From positions 32,533-96,532 of the forward strand of contig CAKUES010000006.1 of NCBI GenBank assembly GCA_934646835.1: a stretch of 64,000 nucleotides of DNA, read 5' to 3'. The notes under the pieces are model-generated. The model searched no databases. It was not told the origin of the DNA and saw nothing but the letters and a program-made list of their open reading frames with translations. The stretch comes from an uncultured Coriobacteriales bacterium. Lineage in GTDB: Bacteria; Actinomycetota; Coriobacteriia; Coriobacteriales; QAMH01. Below are positions 44,225 through 52,220 of this stretch, in pieces. Both the position numbers and the translations under genes were made by a program. How positions within the stretch are numbered: the first letter of the stretch is position 1; each line of letters opens with the position of its first letter.

Positions 44225-44905
44225 ATGCCGAAGGAGAGGCTTTTGATTCGCGTTGCCGCATTTGACCTGGATGGTACCGTCCTCGACGGCGAGTCCCCGT
44301 TCATTCTCACAAAGCGCCTGCTCATCCACCATGACCTCAAGATTCGCAACGGTCTCAAGATGGGAGTCTGGGGCCTCAAGTATCGCCTGCGCCTCCCGCA
44401 GCGCGAGGCAACTCCCCGCGAGCTGCTCTTCTCCGCCTTTGCGGGCGAGAGGGTCGAGGACGTCGACGCCCGCATCATGGAGGTCTACAACAAGCATATC
44501 CACAAGCGCATCCGCCCCGGCGCGCGCCGCGAGGTCGCCAAGGTCAAGGAGCAGGGCATGGTCCCCATTCTGGCCAGCGCCTCTTTCAAGCCGATGACCG
44601 ACGCAATTGTCGAGGAGCTCGGCTTTGACGGGCAGGTTTCCACCGTCATGGAGGAGCGCGACGGCTGCTATACCGCGAAGGTCGTCGGCGAGCCGGCGCA
44701 GGGTGCGGCGAAGTTCCGCCAGCTGCAGGGCTACTGCGACGGGCGCTTTGGCGTCGGCAACTGGGTGCTCGAGCGCGCCTACAGCGACCACTACAGCGAC
44801 ATCCCCATGCTCCAGCATGCGCAGCATGCGGTCATCACGGACCCCGATAGCGTCCTCAAATCCGTTGCCCGCGTCTGCGGCTGGGAAGTCGCGGACTGGG
44901 ACTAG
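44225..44905 (+). CDS. HAD-IB family hydrolase (SerB-like)
   Basis: AAFDLDGTVLDGES (DxDGT), SASF, YSDHYSDIPML motifs. Confidence 0.75.
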   Translation: MPKERLLIRVAAFDLDGTVLDGESPFILTKRLLIHHDLKIRNGLKMGVWGLKYRLRLPQREATPRELLFSAFAGERVEDVDARIMEVYNKHIHKRIRPGARREVAKVKEQGMVPILASASFKPMTDAIVEELGFDGQVSTVMEERDGCYTAKVVGEPAQGAAKFRQLQGYCDGRFGVGNWVLERAYSDHYSDIPMLQHAQHAVITDPDSVLKSVARVCGWEVADWD

Positions 44906-44910
44906 TCTCT

Positions 44911-45780
44911 GTGAGTTCGTTGCCTAGCGAGGCTTTTGTGGACCTCTCGAAACTCATCGACACCGTCTGGACGCAGGGCCGCACCCTCTATCGCGACCTG
45001 CCGTGGCGCAATACGCGCGACCCCTATGCCATCTGGATCAGCGAGGTCATGCTCCAACAGACTCAAGTGAGCCGTGTGGAGGGCCGCTGGCAGCGTTGGA
45101 TCGAGCGCTTCCCCAATGTCGAGGCCTTGGCCCAAGCGCCCTTGGCCGATGTCTTGGGCGAGTGGCAGGGCATGGGCTACAACTCGCGTGCTAAGCGCTT
45201 GCAGGCCTGCGCGCAGCAGATATGCCGCGACCATGGCGCCGTGATGCCGAGCAACTACAAGGAGCTTGTCGCACTGCCGGGCATCGGCCCTGCGACGGCG
45301 GCGGGCATCCGCGCCTTTGCCTTTGACGAGCCGGGCGTCTACCTCGAGACCAACGTCCGCACTGTCTTCATCCACGAGCTCTTCCCCAACGAGGAAAAGG
45401 TCGACGACAAACAGCTCGTCCCGCTTGTGGAAGCTGCCTGCCCGGCGGCGGGGGAGGATGTGCGCGGCTGGTATTATGCCCTGCTCGACTACGGGGCTTA
45501 TCTCAAGAAAATCCATCCCAACCCCTCGCGCCGCAGCAAGCAGCACACCAAGCAGAGCAAGTTCGAGGGAAGCCATCGCCAGAAGCGCGCCTTTGTCTTG
45601 CGCTGCGTGTTGGCGGGTCCCAAGCAAACGCGTCAGATTGCCGACGAGCTCGATGCCTTCGAGCTCGGGGAGGGGCGCGCCGCTGTGCACCCCGATGAGC
45701 TCGTTTCGATCCTTGCGGAGCTGCAACAGGAGGGCATGATCGCCCAAGGCGACGACGGCATGTGGGGTGTTGCGGAGTAG
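44911..45780 (+). CDS. HhH-GPD base-excision glycosylase, MutY-like, without Fe-S cluster cysteines or a NUDIX-type C-terminal domain
   Basis: LPWR..RDPY.IWISEVMLQQTQV and LPGIGPATAAGI (HhH) align with MutY. The cluster-loop region has no Cys motif. The ~70-aa C-terminus looks winged-helix-like. Confidence 0.7.
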   Translation: MSSLPSEAFVDLSKLIDTVWTQGRTLYRDLPWRNTRDPYAIWISEVMLQQTQVSRVEGRWQRWIERFPNVEALAQAPLADVLGEWQGMGYNSRAKRLQACAQQICRDHGAVMPSNYKELVALPGIGPATAAGIRAFAFDEPGVYLETNVRTVFIHELFPNEEKVDDKQLVPLVEAACPAAGEDVRGWYYALLDYGAYLKKIHPNPSRRSKQHTKQSKFEGSHRQKRAFVLRCVLAGPKQTRQIADELDAFELGEGRAAVHPDELVSILAELQQEGMIAQGDDGMWGVAE

Positions 45781-45829
45781 GGGCGTGACGTTCCTTTTTG
45801 ACACGTAGGCCAGCGTAGATTCTTTGTTA

Positions 45830-45933
45830 GTGACACACTTTGTGCCAGTGACATTGTGTTTCACGCCGTCGAATTGCAGGTTAACGCAAGCCCTCTGCGT
45901 GATACACAATGTCACTGGCACAAAGTGTGTCAC
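45830..45933. repeat. Family B palindromic element: 37-nt arms, 30-nt spacer
   Basis: GTGACACACTTTGTGCCAGTGACATTGTGTTTCACGC (45830-45866) and GCGTGATACACAATGTCACTGGCACAAAGTGTGTCAC (45897-45933), with 2 mismatches. Confidence 0.85.
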
Positions 45934-45954
45934 GTGTCCTTTTGTCTGCACCCC

Positions 45955-45989
45955 CGTCCCATAAAAGGCCAGGTCCCGAATGGGGCACG
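45955..45989. repeat. Family C element, single diverged arm
   Basis: CGTCCCATAAAAGGCCAGGTCCCGAATGGGGCACG compared with TGTCCCATAAAAGACCTGGTCCCCTTTGGGACGC at 21924-21957. Confidence 0.5.
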
Positions 45990-46004
45990 TTGCGCTGACG
46001 GCAG

Positions 46005-46847
46005 CTATGCCCTCGGGTAGGAGCCGATGACTTTGACCTGGCGCAGCTTGAGGCGCAGGCAGTCGAGTGCCATGCGCACGTTGGCGTCGTCTGCGTAGCC
46101 CTCGATCTCGACGAAGAACATGTAGTCGCCAAGCTCGCGCTTGGTGGGGCGGCTTTGGATCATCGTCATGTTGACCTGGGCGTAGGTGAACTCCGAGAGG
46201 ATCATGCTGAGCTCGCCGGAGCGGTCTGCGCGCAGGAAGAGCGCGAGCGTCGTCTTGCCTGGTCCTTCGTGCTTGGCCTGGCCGTTGCCGATGAGCACGA
46301 AGCGCGTCTGGCTCGTGAGGTGGTCCTCGATGGCCTCCTCGTAGACCACGCCGCCGGAGAGCTCTGCGGCAAGCGGGTTGGCGATGGCGGCGATCGTCTT
46401 GTCGTGTGCGGCCATCTCCGCGGCGGCTGCAGTGCTCGTGGCCATGCGCGTCTGGCGGCCGGGGAGGTTTTGCTGCAGCCAGCGACGGCACTGGCCGACG
46501 CCCTGCGGGTGGCTTGCGATGGTGGTCACGTCGTCGAGCGTGGCACCGGGCGCCAAGATGAGCGCCTGGTGGATGTCGAGCACGCACTCGCCCAGGATCT
46601 CTGCGCGCGAGGTGAAGGCGAAGGCATCGAGCGTGGTCGTGACCGGGCCCTCGAGCGAGTTCTCGATCGGCACCACGCCAAAGTCCGCCTGACCGCGGTC
46701 GACTGCCTCGAAGATATCGCCCATGTTCTCGCACATGAAGCCCTCGAAGTCGGCCTCGAGCTGTCCGCGCTCGACAAAGGTGCGTACGGCCTGGTGCGTC
46801 CAGGTGCCGGCAGGGCCGAGGAAGGCGACGGTGGGCTTGCGGGTCAT
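46005..46847 (-). CDS. pheA: Prephenate dehydratase (PDT plus ACT domains)
   Basis: VAFLGPAGTWTHQA, VVPIENSLEGPV, TRFV.IG, and a C-terminal ACT region with the ESRP-like IQSRPTK. Confidence 0.9.
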   Translation of the reverse strand: MTRKPTVAFLGPAGTWTHQAVRTFVERGQLEADFEGFMCENMGDIFEAVDRGQADFGVVPIENSLEGPVTTTLDAFAFTSRAEILGECVLDIHQALILAPGATLDDVTTIASHPQGVGQCRRWLQQNLPGRQTRMATSTAAAAEMAAHDKTIAAIANPLAAELSGGVVYEEAIEDHLTSQTRFVLIGNGQAKHEGPGKTTLALFLRADRSGELSMILSEFTYAQVNMTMIQSRPTKRELGDYMFFVEIEGYADDANVRMALDCLRLKLRQVKVIGSYPRA

Positions 46848-47139
46848 AGGCGTGCTCCTAGCATGTGCATGTGTCGGTAATAAGCGCTCATTTTACGCCA
46901 GCTGCGTGTCTGCGTTGTAAAAGATTGCCCTCATTGACCACGCTAGATGCCTTGAAATTAGTTGCGTGAGGCGTGTCCCAATCCCTCCGGATCCCCGCCC
47001 GGGAACAGCGAGCGCATGAGCAAAGCGAGTGATGCAGAACCGCTAATGAACATCAGGTGAAGAAATTGCGCTTTTGTCTCAAAAAAGGTCCCACTGCGTG
47101 TACTATTTCTGTTGTTGAACATGCGGAGGGAGAGTTGCA

Positions 47140-47364
47140 ATGATGCAGCATGACGATCGTCAGATACTACTGATGCTCGGTATATCTGATGCTGATCCGG
47201 TCTCCCTGCCCTCGATTTCCCAGGTGAAAGATAATTTCGGGGGGGGGCACTCTCTTAAGCCTGTTGTCCGTCTGACCAGGGCAAAGCTTAGCTTAGTACA
47301 TCAAAACATATACACGACGAGACTCCGGTTTCGCTCTGCCATCCCTTGGCTCAAGGCTGGCTAG
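47140..47364 (+). CDS. Small hypothetical ORF (74 aa), doubtful
   Basis: GGAGGG RBS lies 9 nt before the ATG in an AT-richer intergenic region. No recognisable similarity. Confidence 0.2.
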   Translation: MMQHDDRQILLMLGISDADPVSLPSISQVKDNFGGGHSLKPVVRLTRAKLSLVHQNIYTTRLRFRSAIPWLKAG

Positions 47365-47463
47365 CGAAGCCGGGGTCTTTTTTGCTTTTGCGGTAATTCT
47401 GGCCTGCGTATGCACGCGGGCTTACGAGTCGCAGCACTAGGCTGCGAGAAAGGGGTTACGAAT

Positions 47464-50283
47464 ATGAAGAAGAACGTATGCGGAGCAGGGAAGAAGGTCC
47501 TTGCCAGCGCCCTCAGCGCTGCGATGGTCGTCGCCTTTGCTCCGGCGGTTGCGATGGCGAATGGCGGCATCGCGAGTAATATCGAGGCTGAAAATGCCGG
47601 ACCCGCTAAGGCACAAGAAAGCACGATAACAACTGAGATTGCTCTCAAGCAAGCGATCAACAACGCGAATGCTGGAGATACGGTTTCTCTCGGCGGAAAT
47701 ATTACGCTAACAAGTGCTCTTGAGATTAATAAAGCGATTACTCTCGACGGCTCCAATTGCACTATTACCGGCAATGGAATAAAAATAGAAGCATCTGATG
47801 TGTCGATTAAGAATGTTGTCTTTGGCGATGGAGGTTTCATTAACGCAACGGTCAAAGATGGCAAGACGACGGTCGAGAGTTGTAAGTTTACTGCCACGGA
47901 TTCGTCTTATGTCAGAACAGCTATTACATTGGCTGTTGCTGAGCCAACTGTCACCAATTGTGAGTTCGCTGGTACTGCTCGTGCTTATTACAACGGTATA
48001 GAATTCGGTCTTAAACAGCGAGTCTCCAAGGCAGTTGTAAGCGGTAATACCTTCACCCAAACTATCAAGAACAACTATATCAGTGCGTATAATTACAGTG
48101 ACAATGCACAAATCGTGATTGCTGATAATACGTTTGGTTATGTTGCGAATGGACTGCGAATTAGCAACGTTGGCAACACACATGCTGAATTCGAGATCTC
48201 GAATAACTCCTACACTGGTACGTCGTCTGACGATTATGCTGGGTTTATTCTGCTTCAAGATTACAACGGGAAAGATGCGGGTAAGCAAGATTTCTCTAAA
48301 ATCAAGCTGAATATCTCTAAACTGAGCAACTCGTCTTCTAGCAAGAGATTGTTTTATGTATATGACGATCAAGACGGGATTATCACTGACAACAATCCTC
48401 TTGTCGTCGGTGATTCGACAATCGAGGGTATGACAACCTCAGGTGACGCTTTGGTGACAACGGCCGAGGACAATGGAACCTATTACAACTCCCTCGAGAA
48501 CGCGATTGCTTCTGCAAAGACAGGTGACACGATCAAGCTTCTTGCTGATGTCAAGGATTTCAGCGGTGTCCAAATCAACAAAAATCTTACCATCGACTTT
48601 GGTAATTGCAGCGTTACCGGTGCCAAAGATGCGGTGGTTTTCAATGTTAGCAACGCCAAGGTTACCTTGAAGGGCGACAAGGGAGGTATCAACGGTGGTG
48701 CCGGGGGCAATAACGTCGCTATTCTGGCGAATAGCGGCAGCGAGGTGACGATTGACTCTGGTATCTACACTGTTGGAGGAGATGCTAACGGTGTAGGAAA
48801 CAGCACGGTTTACGTAGTGGGGACCGGCAAGGCAATAATCAATGGAGGCGCCTTCTCTTCTGAGAAGCCCTACAACAACAAGTACTACGTGCTCAACCTC
48901 CAGAACAGTGCTACAGGTTCGATAACGGTCAACGCGGGCATTATCGAGAAGCAGAATCCCGCTGTGGGCGATGACAATAAGGGCGGTAACTTTGTTGGGG
49001 CGGGCAGCGTCTCTCACCATGTTGGCGACAGCTATGTCGTCCATGCTGCCGATGCAGGCACGACTTGGGTTGGGGGCAGCTCTGCTACCTGCACATCAAG
49101 CGGTTCGACCGCAACGGGGTATTGCAAGGGCTGCTACGACCTTGGAATCAGAAACGTGACGTCAGCTGGCTCTGCGGTCCCCGCTTTTGGCCACGACTAT
49201 TCTTGGGTCACCACGACGCCTGCGACCGAGGATGCCGAGGGTGTCATGACGGGCACCTGCTCGCGTGGCGACTCCACAATTACCAAGGCCATCCCCAAGT
49301 TGCCCAAGGCCGGCTCCGACGAGACTGTGACCGACAGCTCTGGTGCCAAGGTAGACGTCACTGTTGCCGACAACAAGGCCGGCAAGACCGAGTCCGGTAT
49401 CGAGTACGTTGGAAGCGTCGAGTACAACGGCGTGAAAGATGGTGCGCCTGCCGCGGAGACCAAGGTCCCAGAGACTGTGACCGTCAACGGCTCCACCTAT
49501 GTTGTGACCAAGATTGCCGACGAGGCATTTGAGGGACAGGAGCAGCTGACCAAGGTTACCATCCCCGAGACCGTGGTTGAGATCGGTGAGCGCGCCTTCG
49601 CGGGCACGTCCGTCGAGAATGTCGTGCTCCCCGCAGCGACGACCGTAATCGGCGCCGGCATCTTCCAAGGCTGCGATGATCTGAAGTCCGTTGACATCTC
49701 CAAGGCCGCCATCACCGAGATCCCTGCAGACGCCTTCAACGGCACCTCCATCGGCTCCATCGAGATTCCCGCGACGGTGACAAGCATCGGAGCACGCGCT
49801 TTCAAGGGCACCGCTCTCACGTCTGCCGAGCTACCCGCCGCGGTAAAGGCCATCGAGAAGTCCACCTTCGAGAACTGTACCGCGCTCAAGAGCGTGACGA
49901 CTTCCGCGACCGCGGTCGGCTACAAGGCGCTGGCTGGATGTACGGCACTGAAGAGCATCGACCTTTCCAAGGCGACTGAGCTCGGCAAGTACGCGCTCAA
50001 GGGCGACTCTAAGCTCAAGACTGTGACCACTGGTGCCAAGCTCAAGGCCATCGGCTATAAGGCGCTCTCCGGCACCAAGGTGAAGGTGCTGACCATTAGC
50101 TCCAAGAAGCTCACGGCCGCATCCGTCAAGGGCAGCCTCAAGGGTTCGAGCGTGAAGAAGGTTGAAGTCGCCGTCTCCGGCTCTAAGAAGACGGTCGACA
50201 AGTACGTCGCCAAGTACAAGAAGGTCTTCAAGAAGAGCAACAGCGGCAAGTCTGTCGACGTCGTCGCCAAGAAGGCAAAGTAA
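47464..50283 (+). CDS. Large secreted/surface protein: signal peptide, right-handed beta-helix-like N-terminal region, BspA-type leucine-rich repeats at the C-terminus
   Basis: MKKNVCGAGKKVLASALSAAMVVAFAPAVAMA signal. N/G/T-rich repeats of about 22-25 aa follow. The C-terminus has LRR_5-like units (IPETVVEIGERAFAG..., IPATVTSIGARAFKG..., AVKAIEKSTFENC...). No LPXTG motif. AAAGGGG RBS. Confidence 0.8.
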   Translation: MKKNVCGAGKKVLASALSAAMVVAFAPAVAMANGGIASNIEAENAGPAKAQESTITTEIALKQAINNANAGDTVSLGGNITLTSALEINKAITLDGSNCTITGNGIKIEASDVSIKNVVFGDGGFINATVKDGKTTVESCKFTATDSSYVRTAITLAVAEPTVTNCEFAGTARAYYNGIEFGLKQRVSKAVVSGNTFTQTIKNNYISAYNYSDNAQIVIADNTFGYVANGLRISNVGNTHAEFEISNNSYTGTSSDDYAGFILLQDYNGKDAGKQDFSKIKLNISKLSNSSSSKRLFYVYDDQDGIITDNNPLVVGDSTIEGMTTSGDALVTTAEDNGTYYNSLENAIASAKTGDTIKLLADVKDFSGVQINKNLTIDFGNCSVTGAKDAVVFNVSNAKVTLKGDKGGINGGAGGNNVAILANSGSEVTIDSGIYTVGGDANGVGNSTVYVVGTGKAIINGGAFSSEKPYNNKYYVLNLQNSATGSITVNAGIIEKQNPAVGDDNKGGNFVGAGSVSHHVGDSYVVHAADAGTTWVGGSSATCTSSGSTATGYCKGCYDLGIRNVTSAGSAVPAFGHDYSWVTTTPATEDAEGVMTGTCSRGDSTITKAIPKLPKAGSDETVTDSSGAKVDVTVADNKAGKTESGIEYVGSVEYNGVKDGAPAAETKVPETVTVNGSTYVVTKIADEAFEGQEQLTKVTIPETVVEIGERAFAGTSVENVVLPAATTVIGAGIFQGCDDLKSVDISKAAITEIPADAFNGTSIGSIEIPATVTSIGARAFKGTALTSAELPAAVKAIEKSTFENCTALKSVTTSATAVGYKALAGCTALKSIDLSKATELGKYALKGDSKLKTVTTGAKLKAIGYKALSGTKVKVLTISSKKLTAASVKGSLKGSSVKKVEVAVSGSKKTVDKYVAKYKKVFKKSNSGKSVDVVAKKAK

Positions 50284-50395
50284 CGAGCGACAACCGCATC
50301 TGATGGGGAGCCGCCTGCCTCGGGTGGCTCCCCTTCCTGCAAGAAGGGGCATGGTGCCTTTTGCGTCAGACAATCATGTGATAACGGTGAGTAGG

Positions 50396-50481
50396 GCATC
50401 CGATGTGTACCAGTGACAAGTTGGCTACCCGGCCGAACCCTCGGCCGGGTAGCCAACTTGTCACTGGTACACATCGGATGC
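50396..50481. repeat. Perfect 41-bp inverted repeat with a 4-nt loop
   Basis: GCATCCGATGTGTACCAGTGACAAGTTGGCTACCCGGCCGA-ACCC-TCGGCCGGGTAGCCAACTTGTCACTGGTACACATCGGATGC. Confidence 0.9.
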
Positions 50482-50505
50482 CACGCAGGTCACCGGTCGG
50501 TCGAT

Positions 50506-50696
50506 GCGACGAACTGGGTGGTTTCGAGCTTTAATTTCACGATCTGGGTGGTCTGGTTCGCACGTTGAAGCGATGAGTCTGATTCCGATTTGCAAAGCAG
50601 CGGGTCAGAGCACTGCCACTCGGAGGCTTTCTCGTCGGGCATCGTCAAAACCACCCAGATCGCGAAATAAAAGCTCGAAACCACCCAGTTCGTCGC
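50506..50696. repeat. 47-nt inverted repeat (2 mismatches) with a 97-nt spacer; each arm carries two CTGGGTGGT/ACCACCCAG motifs
   Basis: Left arm 50506-50552 GCGACGAACTGGGTGGTTTCGAGCTTTAATTTCACGATCTGGGTGGT. Right arm 50650-50696 ACCACCCAGATCGCGAAATAAAAGCTCGAAACCACCCAGTTCGTCGC. Confidence 0.8.
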
Positions 50697-51020
50697 GTTT
50701 TCGAGCGTGAACCGCCCAGTTCCGGCACCTCGCAGGTGGCGGCCGTCTCGTTGCGACCTATGGCGCCGACTTCGTCTGGCGCCTACGTGGTGCCTGGGAC
50801 CCATTGGCGCTGACGCGAAATCAGCAGAGCGCAGCCCTCCTACGTGGCCAGCGGTTTTGCCAGGTTGCAGGCAAGGGGCCCACCTACGAGCGCATAAGCG
50901 AGGCGAGCGGTGCAACAAGCTGTCCCAAGCCCTCCAGATCCCCGCTCGGGGACATCGGGGATGGGTGAGCGCATGCTTCTGCACATCTCCGTCACAGCAT
51001 TCGTCTATAATTTCAACATT

Positions 51021-52220
51021 ATGCTTATTTGGTGGCACTATCTCATACTCTTTGCCGTGGCCTTTGGCGTGACCTTGGCCGCGGTCCCCGTCGTGCGCTC
51101 TGTCGCGATTCGCTACGGCATCGTCGACCAGCCCGGCGCGCGCCGCGTCAATAAGGAGCCGATCCCCCGTATGGGCGGCGTGGCTATGTACGCAGGTCTG
51201 CTCGCGGCGTTTGCCGTCGAGTACATCCTCGAGCTCGCCCACGTTTGGCCCGGCCCGTTCTCGCTCGCGCAAGGTAGCGGCGTGAACATGCTCGGCGTGA
51301 TGATCGGCATCACCCTCATCGTGATCGTGGGTGTCATCGACGACGTCCAGTCCCTGCGCCCGGGCGTCAAGTTCCTCGGCCAGATCATCGCCGCAATCGT
51401 CATCGCATCCTCTGGTGTGCTCATGAGCGGCTTCAAGATTCCTCTGGGGGATGGCCGCGTCGTCTTGGGTTGGCTGTCCTACCCGGTCACGGTCATATAC
51501 CTCGTGGCCTTCGCCAACATAATCAACCTCATCGACGGCCTCGACGGCCTTGCTGCCGGCATCACCGGTATCGGCGCCTGCGGTCTTTTCATCCTCACGG
51601 TGACCCTCGTGCGCAACGACGCGTCCCTCGTGGCCATCGTGCTCATCGCCGTGTGCATCGCCTTCCTCTTCTACAATTTCCACCCGGCGAGCATCTTTAT
51701 GGGTGACTCCGGCTCCCTGCTCTTGGGAACGACGCTCGGCGTCATCAGCCTCATGGGCGCGACGCGCTTCTCGAGCATCACGGCGCTGGCAGTGCCCATC
51801 ATGATCGCAGGCGTGCCCGTTATCGACACGGCGAGTGCCATTATCCGCCGCACCCTCAACCACCAGCCCATCCAGCAGGCCGACCGCGGGCACGTGCACC
51901 ACCGCTTGCTCGACCAGGGCTTCTCGCAGCGCAAGGCCGTGCTGATCATCTACGCCTGGACCGCCATTCTCACCATCGGCGGCTGCCTGGTGTGGAACCT
52001 TGGCGGCCTGGTCAAGTACACCGTGCTCTTTGTCCTGCTTGCGGTGTCCGCCTTCATCGTCTTCAAGCTCAAGCTGCTCGGCCCCGTGCTCGAGCATCAC
52101 TACTTCCCCGACGCCTTCCGCAGTCCTGCGCCTGGCTCCACGGGCACCATGCCCAAGGTGAGCGGCGACGCTGCGGCGGGGGAGGGCGACGGGCAGGCGG
52201 GTAGCGGGAATGAGCGCTAG
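51021..52220 (+). CDS. Glycosyltransferase family 4 (WecA/TagO/MraY-like) undecaprenyl-phosphate sugar-1-phosphate transferase
   Basis: GIVDQPGARRVN..PIPRMGG, NLIDGLDGLA and FMGDSGS motifs, about 10 TM segments. Start chosen at ATG 51021; 50973 or 50910 remain possible. Confidence 0.85.
   Translation: MLIWWHYLILFAVAFGVTLAAVPVVRSVAIRYGIVDQPGARRVNKEPIPRMGGVAMYAGLLAAFAVEYILELAHVWPGPFSLAQGSGVNMLGVMIGITLIVIVGVIDDVQSLRPGVKFLGQIIAAIVIASSGVLMSGFKIPLGDGRVVLGWLSYPVTVIYLVAFANIINLIDGLDGLAAGITGIGACGLFILTVTLVRNDASLVAIVLIAVCIAFLFYNFHPASIFMGDSGSLLLGTTLGVISLMGATRFSSITALAVPIMIAGVPVIDTASAIIRRTLNHQPIQQADRGHVHHRLLDQGFSQRKAVLIIYAWTAILTIGGCLVWNLGGLVKYTVLFVLLAVSAFIVFKLKLLGPVLEHHYFPDAFRSPAPGSTGTMPKVSGDAAAGEGDGQAGSGNER

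Noticed and set aside
50910-51020. Upstream extension of the WecA-like gene (track start at 50910)
   Set aside because: The extension is Pro/Ser/Gly-rich and precedes the first TM helix. WecA-type proteins normally start just before TM1 (MLIWWHYLILFAV...). The start remains uncertain, with 50973 also possible.
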